Source: Thalia democratica
Taxonomy: Eukaryota
Assembly: GCA_965202585.1 (NCBI GenBank)
Contig: OZ241827.1
Location: 10,726,001-10,790,000 of the forward strand
Direction: 5' to 3'
Length of the DNA stretch: 64,000 nucleotides
Of this stretch, positions 1 to 11,700 are shown one piece after another. Position 1 is the first letter of the stretch; each line of letters begins with the position of its first letter. The notes under the pieces are model-generated. The model ran no database searches and was not told the DNA's origin. It was given only the letters and a program-made list of their open reading frames with translations. A program made the position numbers and the translations under genes.

Positions 1-34
1 TTTTTACTTAAAACAAAAAAAAAAGCCTCTAAGA

Positions 35-1549
35 CAGTGGTTCCCAACCTTTTTGATGCCCTGCACCCCTAAAGTCACTTAATTTGATCTCGCACCCCAA
101 ACACTATATGCTATAATTATTTATTAGTAATTTGATAAAAAAATCATTGATTTCATTAACTATAAATTGTATTTTAATTTTTATGATAGTGTACTATATT
201 AACAAAAATAAAATACTTTGAAACTTAAAAACATAATAAACTATATTTGAACAAGCTTTATCTATTTTTTATAAGGTAGAAAACATCAGAACTCACTCTT
301 ACCTCTACTGTTTCTTCTGCAACGATAAATATTTTCTGAAGCAAGTGATTTTGGAGCTCATCACTTGTAAATATACATGCTCATTTTTAAACTAACTAAA
401 AAAATTAATTACTATTCAATTAAACGAAAAAAAAAAACAAACCTATACTTATAAAAAAAAATAATTCTTTTTTTCAATTAACATTAGCAAAAACTAAATT
501 AATATCATATATTTAATAAAAACATCCTAAATGACTTGTCGTTATACTCACAAGGTATTTAACAAATTATTAAAACTCTATTCATGCAATATTATTTTGA
601 AAATATTAAGAACTTAATTTTAAATCTACTCTAAAGTTAATGACTTTTTTGTTCCTGTTTATTGCACAAAACTTTCTGAAAACGTGGCATTTTGTTGCTG
701 ATGGCAATTCGCATGTCTGCCTGTGTATTCAAACTGTTTCTTGATTTAGTTTTTATTGGTAAAACAGTACTAAATCCAGACTCACACAAGTAAGTCGTTG
801 CGAATAGAATGAGAGTACTAAGTGCTTTTTCACCAAGTTTTAGAAACATATTCGTTGAACAACACCAATATTGTTTAAGAGTTTTGCTTTCAAACTGCAT
901 TTTGAGAAAACGGTTCATGATCTATAAAATTAGTTTCACAGTAGCTAAAAACAAGTTTTCTTAAATGGTATAACATACAGTAATTGCTGTGAACTGTACA
1001 ATTTACTGATGTTAAATCTTTAAGCATCACTTTCTGCACAACTAAGCTTAATAAAAGATTACATTATAAATGTAATAGACTTAACAGAGCCCGTTCTTAA
1101 CAGCTAATATAAAACCTGCTGAAGATACTAATTTTTATCTATGTATTTCAATTAAAATAGAAGCTAGTTCATAAACTGTTTTATATAATTAATGGCCAGT
1201 TAATAAAATAAAATATTTAATGAATAGATGATTAAAATTCGCAGGTGTAAAGCTCTAAGAAGGCTTTACTCAAATGTTAATTCTAAACTAACAACTATTA
1301 AATGAAATTAGTAAAATGAATTTACTTCTAGAAAAGCGCTCTTGCTCTATGACGTATTAAAAAATTAATATATTAAGAAAAATAGCACCAACTTTTTTTT
1401 ATAACAAAATGTACTTTTTACTTTATAAACTTTATCAGAGAGTGAAAATCTCCTTATTTATCATACAAAAATAAATAGCCATCTCGCACCCCCTGGAATG
1501 CTGCCTCGCACCCCCAAGGGGTGCGAGTACCTTTGGTTGTGAACCCCTG
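35..1549 (-). mobile_element. Non-autonomous hAT DNA transposon (Buster/Charlie type), 1515 bp
   Basis: Imperfect TIRs CAGTGGTTCCCAACC / CAGGGGTTCACAACC, subterminal TCGCACCCC repeats, and a perfect 8-bp TSD CTCTAAGA (27-34 and 1550-1557). Confidence 0.92.
637..918 (-). pseudogene. C-terminal hAT dimerisation-domain fragment of a Buster/Charlie transposase
   Basis: LFATTYLCESGFSTVLPIKTKSRNSL...DMRIAIS...PRF matches the hATC motif of Charlie/Buster transposases. No catalytic core is seen in the element. Confidence 0.88.
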
Positions 1550-1554
1550 CTCTA

Positions 1555-2800
1555 AGACATCACAGTAACACATATGAGTTGTACCACCTATAAATATTGT
1601 GTATATACGTATAAATTTATTTAATATTGTACCACCTATAAACAGTGTTTGTGCTGAGAGAAAGTAACCACATGTCTCACAAGAATTGATTGATGCTTGT
1701 AGAGTGAAAAGATAACTAAAAATTTTAGTTTAAACAAAAGTAACACGTGTAAACGATTAAATGTAAAACAAAAACAGGTTTTGGCACGTTAGTAGAATTT
1801 AAATTCGCGCGCATTGAAACAGTTATTTACGAAAGTGTTACAATTACGTAAACTTTTTAGATTATGTTTTGTGAGGTTATAAATATAGGTTAAGTTTTTA
1901 TTTGTGGCGACACACATAAGTTTAAACCTATTTAAAGTATGTATTTTCATAAAATAAAGAGCCTTTTAAAACAATATCTAAGTAGAATATTAATGATTAT
2001 CTAAACTTGAGTCTAGCATTGATTAAACTTGATTATAATTTAGTTGCAAAAATAAAATTGTACTAAGGGCTGTTTGTTTTGTGTAGCAATGACACGACAA
2101 AGCTAAATCAAATAATACATGTCAATTTTAAAATTTAGGAATAGAAACTTAGTTGTACGCATATAAATCAATCAAAACTTGAACCCCAAGAGCAAATAAT
2201 TCAAAAATAAACAAACTTATAACTCTTAATCTCTGCTACTTTTACTCGGTTTTATAAGGTCTTAAATTACGGTGAAAAGTGTATATTTGAAGTAACATTG
2301 AGATATATTGCTTGATTTATCAAGTAATTTGATACAACTTCGGATTTACTGCAATTAAAGTTCATTTTCCCAAAACAGACCACCTTCGGTTTTTAAAATG
2401 AAAATTTGAATAAGGATTTTAGTTTAAATAAAGTTTTGTGAAAGATTTTTTTGCGACGTTCAGACAGTTCTGTGAAATAATTTTTTTTATTACATTAAAC
2501 CTATAAGTTCGAGAACAAGTTAAATTAAATATTTTTTATAGTTAGGTTAGTAGCATAGGCTATATTAGTATCTATATTTTAGTCTAAAATAAATAAAAAA
2601 AACTTTTAAAATAAAGTAGTTTGTAGTAAAAACTTAACTTGAATCTAATAGCCTATGGTCGATTGTTTTAAGCGCTATGAGACCAAGTTTAAATTGAAAT
2701 TTATGATAAGACGACCTGTTAGATGTGTGATATATTTTATATATGAAACAGGCGTGAAATAAATACGATTTATATTAGACTTATAAGGGGATAAGTACAA
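1555..2800. repeat. Unclassified interspersed repeat, copy A (copy B at about 21660-22905)
   Basis: Collinear blocks shared with copy B: TGTACCACCTA(T/G)AAA x2; TTTACTCGG..CTTAAATTACGGTGAAAAGTGTATATTTGAAGTA; AGATGTGTGA.ATATTTTATATATGAAACAGGCGTGAAATAAATAC. Confidence 0.75.
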
Positions 2801-3579
2801 GCTTGTTTGAAGTGTGAAACTAAATTTCAAATATTTGTGATTTTGTGTTATAAAATTGTTTATTTTTAAAAACGTATATTTGAAATTTATGCATACTGTA
2901 AATTTTTTTAAAAGTAACTTTGTCTTAATAATTTTAATAAATAGTAACAAACGTAATTCGCATAGATTTTAAAAGTTAGATTGCTCAAAAAAATCTATAA
3001 AGGAGGTTCGTCAAAATATTTAAATTATGTTTTTAAGTAGTTATATCTGATATAATGTTTTTTTTAATTAAACCTACATCTTATTTTTTCATAAATTGAT
3101 TTAAATATAAATTTTGTGCAAATTAAAATAGTTATAAATTTTAACCTCGTTTAAATATTTTTTTAATTTAAAGGTAGAATGTTAACCAAACAAAAATCCA
3201 AAGTAAAAAGTACTAAATCATTATAAAAAGTTTAAATTTTAGGTTTATTTTTAGGTTACAGGTTTGAACTAATTCATTCTATCATGTACATAAAACATGG
3301 TTTAAAACAAATCTTTGATTGACAGCTGGTTATATAAAAACATTTGTAAATAGAATAAAAATTAAAATATAAGATAATTGATAGTTTGAAAGAGTTGACT
3401 AAACTAATAAACTTATTACAAAATATTTGTACAAAACGATGAGTATAATAACACTTGCAATTATTTATTTTATTGCTTTATTATTTGCGTATACACACAT
3501 ATTGCCTCAGACAAATTTTTAAAGAAATTCTAAACTGAGAATTAAAAAAATTGTAAGCATTTTATGAATAAAAACAAAC

Positions 3580-3762
3580 TAAATAAAAACAAGTTATACA
3601 GTAGTCTTCCTTTATTGTACCAAAATATGTTTCTTTGTGTTAAAGAATCAACACACTTAAAACTGTGTTTTTAATGGAAAGAATAACTCAGTGATTCGTT
3701 AACACACAGAAACATATGTTGGTACAATAAAGAAAAATTACTGCATAACTTGTTTTTATTTA
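3580..3762. mobile_element. Fold-back MITE-like palindrome with about 71-bp arms and TA at both ends
   Basis: 3580-3650 is the reverse complement of 3692-3762 with few mismatches; 41-nt spacer. Confidence 0.75.
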
Positions 3763-5550
3763 TATTACAGTGAACTTGTTTCACTAGAATCTTTTGTTAG
3801 CATCCGATTGTTTCTATATTTTGATCAGTAAAAACAAACTAATAAATTTTTATACAATAATTTAACATCTTGATTAAGTACAAGCATGATAAGTATAATA
3901 GAATTAAATTTTATAAAGATTAATTTATTTCGCAAACAATTTTTCAAACGTTTCCCAATCTGATTGCCAATCTAGCAATATTTTATAATTTTATAAACAC
4001 TACAATCAGTTCATAAACATTTGCTGTTAGCTTTACTTATTTTTCTATGTTCGACGAAGTCTTTCAACTCAGGTTTATGTAGAAAAAATCAGCTTATCTA
4101 TATTTTTTAGAAACATCATTTATCGTCACTACAAATTGGTTTGCAGACAGTTTTATGGTATTCAACTTTGTCACTTGAAATTTCCGTAGAGATCCTCCGA
4201 ATCCCGTATTTATACGAGTTTTCTATAATTTAACATTTTTGTGTCTAGTTGAGTAGTTTTTGTTAACGGTTGATTCAAACAAAATTTATAATTTAAAAAT
4301 TAATTTTTCAAAACTTTTTGTTAATCAGTTTTACTCGTTAACCAATAGTATGCTTATCTGCAAAATATAATGAATTAATAATCTTTTATTGGTGTTGTCC
4401 AGTTAGTAAGAAATTTATTATATAAATATGAATATGTCCTGTATGAAACTTTTATAAAATAAAAACTGCTTTTATGTTTATCGTTTAACAAAGATTATAA
4501 ACATAAACGTGTTAATCTATATAAGGTTTGTATCTTTGAATTTCACCTAAAATTTTTCTTTAAGTATAAACTCAATTTACAAATAAGTTAAACTTTGATC
4601 AATGATTTATATAAATTAAAAAAAATAACTTTGTTTGTCTTATTGAAAACAAAAGAACATTTGATTTCTATGAGTAAAGTAAGACTATAATAATTTACAT
4701 GTATTATAAAAATATATTAGTTATTAAACTAAAAACAAACTTTAGTAACTTAACACTGGTAAACAAGTAGTTTATTATTAATAAACAACGTAACATATGA
4801 CAAACTTTTAAATAAAAACACTAAGGACTTAATATTATGCTGAAATAAGTAATAAAACGTATACAGTAAGTTTTGTGTAAAAAATTTACCTCAAACAAAT
4901 AGTAACTTTTTAAAAAATATTAAGGACTTCAAAAATTTAAGGCAACCCTAATGAGGCAGATAAAACAAATACCAGAAATGTTATTTCTAATTGAAAAAAG
5001 GTAATAATAACTTATTAGAAAACTTTATTAAAATGCAGTTTTGGCCAATAAACTTTGGTTTTGTGAGTCAAAAGAATAGTGTTAAAAGAAAACACTTCGT
5101 GCTAAAAAATTAGTTCTAGGTTTACATTACAGATTTGAATAAATCTTGAAAAAATAAGAAGTTTATAAATGAAGTCACGGATAGAAATGATTGTGTAAAA
5201 ACTTTTAAAAACAGGAAAACACTACGGATACAGAATGTTATAGACTAATTGTGAAAAATTAAAATAACCTACAAGACTTTATTAGTTGTTAATGTTATGT
5301 TTTAAATAGTTTTAATTATATTTTATGAGAATGTATTTTTTTAAGTGATTTTAGATAGATTTTTTCTAACTTTTGCTTAAAGCGTTTAAAATAAAACAGA
5401 TTTACAACCTAAGAAAAAAATTACATAAACAAGTTCAAAAGACTTCTTCAATCAACTGACGTTTGTCTATATTATTGCAATACAAACGATCTTTGTATGT
5501 TCTTCCCTCATATCAGACGATCTCTAACAATCTCGATCTTGGGAATTTTT

Positions 5551-5720
5551 TTACTGATCTTCTTCAGAGAGCATCTTAACTTTGTCCTGCAACTTCTTCA
5601 TCATCACCATCATGTCCTCCATCTCTTTCTTCAGTTTTTCCACCGTCTCCTCCTTATTTTTTGTCTCTTTCTCTTCTTTTTTGTCTTCTTTCGATCTTCG
5701 AGACCTCGATCTCAAATGAC
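5551..5720 (-). CDS. PXDN: PXDN exon 35 (terminal: furin-type site, coiled coil, stop)
   Basis: 170 nt, CTCCAG| acceptor; [56 protein letters not shown]. Confidence 0.88.
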
Positions 5721-8700
5721 CTGGAGTAACATAAAGCTTATAACAAATAACACAAACTACAATATATACACAATCATTACACTGCTTAGTGTTAAGGAGG
5801 TATACTGAAAAATGATTTACGATTTTATGATCTAAAGAGATGGTTAATGTACAAATACCTAAAATGTACTGTATTATATACTTAACAAAAATTTTTTTTT
5901 AGTTTTTCTGGTTTAAAAACCACATAAACAACTGTAGTTAGATACCAAACATAGATAAATATTTATAAATGTATGACAAACCAGATAGAGTCTCAGTATG
6001 GTCATCCTCATCATCAGAACAAAACCCGTCGCATTCTTTCCACGGCGACAAATCGACTTGGGGTATTTGATCACATGACACGAACTCCGACGATGATTGG
6101 ACCAACAAGAAAACGTCACGTGGAACGTTTGTGACGTCATCGGTGTTGCGGCATATGACGTCAGCTAATGAAGTTTGCTTGAGTGACGTCAGCTGGGCCG
6201 GACTAAATATTCCCGGGTTTTCGTACCTGGAGAAAGTTGTTTACAACTAAAACTTCTAATTTTATATTTTCATTTATTCAAGCTGTTTAAAACTTTCAAT
6301 TTTATGATTTAGTTGTGGATTTTCGTACCCATATATATTTGTCAATTCATTATACTGCTAATTATATGATTTACTTTTATTAGTTTTAAATATTTAAGCT
6401 AATCACTTTAAAAACCTATGTTAAACATATAACAAGGTTCCATACAAAGCTTTAGCTTACTAGTGTTTTTAAGATTTTCATTAAAGATCTAATGAACTAA
6501 CTTATTAATTATATAATTAGTTTGTGAAACTTGTAAGAACATAGTAATTAAGCTTGGTTGAGAAACCATGAAAATTTAACTTAAGTATTTCGAAACAAAA
6601 AAAAATGGTACCAACTCCCTTTTAAAAATTCTGTGAAAACAAATAATGGTAAAAAGTGATAAATTATGTATTATTTTAACTAAATGAAGTTATTCTATTA
6701 AAAAAAAAATCAGACAGAAGGTTTTTGTGTATTTTATATTTTAAGAAGATCATTATTGAATACAAACAAAAAAGACAAAAAACTTTTCCGAAGTAACTAA
6801 AATTTTACTTTTTTTTGTACAAAAATTATTCGCTATTTTAATGGTCGTTATATGCAACTTAAACGTCGCTGTGTCACGGGTAATTGTCAAATAAAGAGGT
6901 AATATTTTTCACAAATTAAAATAGTTTTAAGTTATACACTTCACTGACAATAGTGACATTTGTAAATGTTGAAATATATAAAAAACTTGACATTTAATAT
7001 TTTCTATGAATATCTTGAATATTATCATTCCGTAACGGATTTTCCCTTGATTTAAGCTTTGTTAATTTAAGTTTTCGTAATTATGTCAAAGTTCAAAGTT
7101 TCAAACAACTGTTACATAACAAATTTACTAATCATAAGCTTTTTGTTTTTTATCTAAGTTTCCTAAACACATTTAAAAGTTTTTTAAGTTTTATAAAAAT
7201 GATTTAAAGTTTAAATGTGAAAAAACTAAATATATTTTGAAGGTTGTTTTGATGCTATGTCAGTTATATTTAAAAATATAATTCATTATAAAATTTACAG
7301 TTACTCAGTTCCATCATAATTAAGTGGAGTTAAATATGTCATTAGTTTGTGGTGAAATTAAGTAACTGTAAATTGCTATACCAAAATTCAAAACTAGGTT
7401 TCAAAGCAAAATTAAATAAAACAAACCAGAATCTGTCTCCGTCCCTCGTCCTACTGAACTGTTCTTTCAACAGGCACCTAAGAGTGGGTCCTACTCTGGA
7501 TCCTTCTAAAATGTCTTCAAGGATCATTCCAACAAAAGGATCGATGTTGTGCGGAGTCTTGTACAGCTCTTGAAGTTTGTTACGTACCTAGATGTTTTTT
7601 ATTTAAAAAAAATTGTGAATTGTTTATGTATAATGTTGTATACAACTTTTAAATTTTGATGCGTAAATAAAACATATTCAAAAAGTAAATCGTAGAAAGT
7701 ATATATATATTTTTGTTATATTGTGCGGGTTTTGTTCAATTTTGCGAACTTGTTGCGTATCTATATATCGTATATAAAAAAATTTATGAAGAAGAGTTTT
7801 TATTAATTTCTAACACGTAACTAAAGTACAAGATAAAAATATTTTCTACTTTTATCTATCGTTGATAAAAACTGTTTTATGTACAAGAGTTTAAAATAAT
7901 TTTTGATTTAATTCGTCTTGTAAAATTTCCAAAACACTGGTATCTCGTTACGCACCTGAGATATTTGTTGTTAGGTAGAAAAAAACATTTAAGATCTATT
8001 ATTACATCTGTCACTTAAAATCAAATAAAAATGTTTATATTGAATATCAATTAACAACTAAGTACTAAACAGCATAGTTTTTAACATGCTTTGTTTTGCT
8101 TTTATCGAATACACGTTTACTTTTAGGTGCACCTTCGATTAAAACAAAGAATATCAATTTTTAATCTTCAGTTTACAAAAATTATTTATTAATATTTATT
8201 AAAAAAGGTACTTTGTCTGTTATCTAACTAAAAATTTTTTTTTTCATTTATTAGTTTTGTTTGCTGAGCGACCTAAAAACTTTAAATTGAAAACTAACAA
8301 TCTGAGTTGTGTATTTAGTATTTAAAGTTTTAAATTGATTTAAAATAAGACAAAAGTAAACAAATATAAATTCAAAATTACCTTAAAATACTTCCACAAA
8401 CAAAACAATTTTACTCAAGACTTTTTGATAAAACTTTTAGTTACTTTAAAGTTTATTTTTAGACTTACTAATGACATAGCATATAGAATCATACAAATTA
8501 GTAAATATTAAGAATTAAAGTTTTACACACAAACCTGTTCGCTTTTGATTTCTTCTCTAAGATCATCGAAAGTGTTGGCGAATGTGAGGTTGCAGTACTG
8601 TCTCCACTGATTGTAGAAGGGAAGAGCGTGATCCCTACCTCTCTGCACGTTCAATGCTCCCAAGTCTAATGCGACGCTCTCCGCCAAAGCGAACAACCTC

Positions 8701-11700
8701 TCGATCAGTTCAGCGTTCATAGAAGAATCCGTATCTCGTTTCTGAATAATAAAAGTAATTTTTGTACTTGTATGGTTTACATAAATTAATTAGTTGATCA
8801 GTTTCTATTTTCTCTGTAGTAGGTTTATGGAGACTAAGTTTGTACTTATAAAAGTATTAAATTAACTACTTTTGAAAAAAATTGTGTTTGTTAAGCTTAG
8901 GATGTACATCAACAGCTAAATATTTTATTGCTAGTTTGAATTAATCGAAAATCCTTGTATAGTTAGTGCGTAAGTGTTGCCAACAAAAGCTTGGAATTTT
9001 CCAAATTTAATTTTTATAATCTAATGGAAACCAAATTAAGAGTTAGCTATTTTACATAACTATGACCTGTAACAGTAGTTATATAAGTTTGTAGCGAACT
9101 GTTCTCAAGAAAAACAATCAAACTTTATTTAGACTGTCATCACTGGGTAAAAACTACCAAACAATAAACTTGTAGACAGAAAATATAAGTATAATGAATA
9201 GCTTTATTGTGGTATAACAGGCAAGATAAAAATTTTGATAAACATCTAAAATTTTTGATTGTTAGAATTATATAACAAACTTAAACATTTGGCATTTTAC
9301 TAAATTATTAAATTTACCAACGGTTACGTAATTTACATTTACTTAATAACCTATCACTAAAAAACTCAAAAAATTCTAAATGATTTAAAACAAAACTTTT
9401 AGCTCAAAAAACTTAAAAATAGATGACAGAACTTGGAAACTTTGAAATAAATTCAGAAAACAACTGTTTTTATTAAAATATGTGTTGTTAAACACTTTTT
9501 TGTGTTCAAGTTATGCACAAATAAAAACACGTGTCTTTTTAAGTCATATGAATTTGTTAAGATAACAAAGGCACATGTTTTTAGACATTGTTTAAAAATA
9601 TGATCTTCTGTAGACAATATTTTCGTGATGATAAAACTGTTTGCTTACAAAGTGATGCATTATTCCTTTTGCTTACACGAGTATTACTTTATTACTTATT
9701 ACACTTAAGAAGTATACTAACTGCGTCAAAGTTTATGTTGGTCTACTGATATTATTTTGGGGCTTCTAGCTTACAAGTTTTGTTACTATGTCAGAATACG
9801 TTCATACTTGATGACTTGTTAGAAAACAGTATATAGTTTAGTAGCTCACTAACTGTAAAACTATTTGTAAATAATTTTATAGTTTACTACTTATTAAGCC
9901 ACCTTTGTTGTTTTAGTTTAAATAAAAAACATAGAATAAGTTAATTTTAAATAACAAAATATTTCAAATATTTTGTTGGGATCCCTAAATGTTCTTGTTA
10001 TAGATATTTGTTATAGATATAAGATTTTGATAATTCCTAACAAAAAAAAATCAAGTTTTTAAAACTAGTCCAACATTTTTCTTATTTAGCAATTTCAAAT
10101 TTAATAAGTTTATAATATCCTTATGTTTTAAGCTGTCAGAATACTATGCAAAAATTTTGTTTATTTATATTTATCAAGATAATTTAGGGATAAAGTGAAA
10201 AAAATAAACATTACTAGCCTGTTACAAAAGTTTTACTTAAAGTTTTGTTTAGATTAAGTAAAAAAGTTGTTGATCATTATTATATAAAAAATTAACTCAT
10301 AAGATATGACTTCCAAAAAAAATCAAATATGTCGATTATGACGTATTAACAACCGATTTTAAATGTTAGTGGTGAATTTACAATAGAGCCATTAGATAAT
10401 AGTAAACGCATACAAGTGAAATAAAGTCGATTGATAACAAGTATCAGGATAAGTGAAGCTTTTAAAACAACGATAAAACATACTAACGAAAATAGTTGAA
10501 TTTTTTTGATTTTGTAATTAAAAAGTTATTTTTGTTTGAATGTTTACTGATAAAACAAAATTCCCAAGGAAAAAATGTGCTCAGTACGTCTAATTATTCT
10601 AAAACTACGACTTTCAGCTGTGTTTTTACAACAAAAATTTTCGCGGTTATTTTATTCCCCGCACTGGTGATTAATACTAATGATGACGTAATTGTTTTAA
10701 ACGTTCACAAATTGGAATAATTTGTTTTAGAACTTTGGACAGCCGCTTTGCTAAACTGCTGCAATTAATATTAAATTATTGAAAATAAAGTTAGTACTTA
10801 TAATTGATCAGGTGGTCGCTTAAAGCAATAAACAACATTTTTAAGTACTTACTAAATAAAGTAATGGCAAAACTAAATTAAGTAATTATAGAGTAAAAAA
10901 AAACTATAAAAAAAGTTCAATTTTTTTTCTTTACCATACGGACATGCATTTTATGTTATAGGACTTAATGATAAAAATAGCAATACATTTCAAGTTAACT
11001 GGTAAAGTTTAGTACATAAATTATTATAAAAACTTGCAACTTTTATCAAACTCTTTAAATTTACTTGTTTTTAAAATCAAGGTACGTTTGTTTAAAATAT
11101 TTTGTAACAACACTACTAAAACACCAACTTTCATGGGTTTAGCGATGAGACCCCTCAACAGAGGTTCAATTCCGCCCTCATGAACGATTCTGAAGGGTGC
11201 GAAGAACGCGTGGTGTAGTTGTAAGTGACCCAATGGGTGTTCCTGCCATGTTGAGTTTAACCTGAATAAAACATTGATAGATTAATAAACTAGTTTTACA
11301 TTTCTTTATAGTGTTTTTATAACTTTATCTTGTAGCAGACATTTCTTTAATTATTGTAATATTTGTTGAGCAATAAGCACTACATGTAAATCTTTCTTTA
11401 AAACAACAAAGCTATTATGATCAGGTGTTAATTTAAGAATTTAAAGTTTTTTATAAGTTTTTCTACCGAGGTCATGAACATGTAGATGGAATTTCAAAAA
11501 AAAGAAAACTTAGTAAAAAAATTGGAAGCAATAACAAAAAACTATTAATAAGTATACAATATATACATTTTCGACATAAAAATCTATACAAAATTACATA
11601 TAAGTTTTCTGTTTGAACTGCTATTAAATTTGATTCAACCGACAAAACTGTTATTCAATTTCATGTCAAAATGGATTACTGTTCACGCTCATAATAACTC

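Noticed and set aside
5497-5808. 103-aa plus-strand ORF with poly-His/Leu/Phe
   Set aside because: Antisense shadow of the Glu/Lys/Met-rich PXDN terminal exon.
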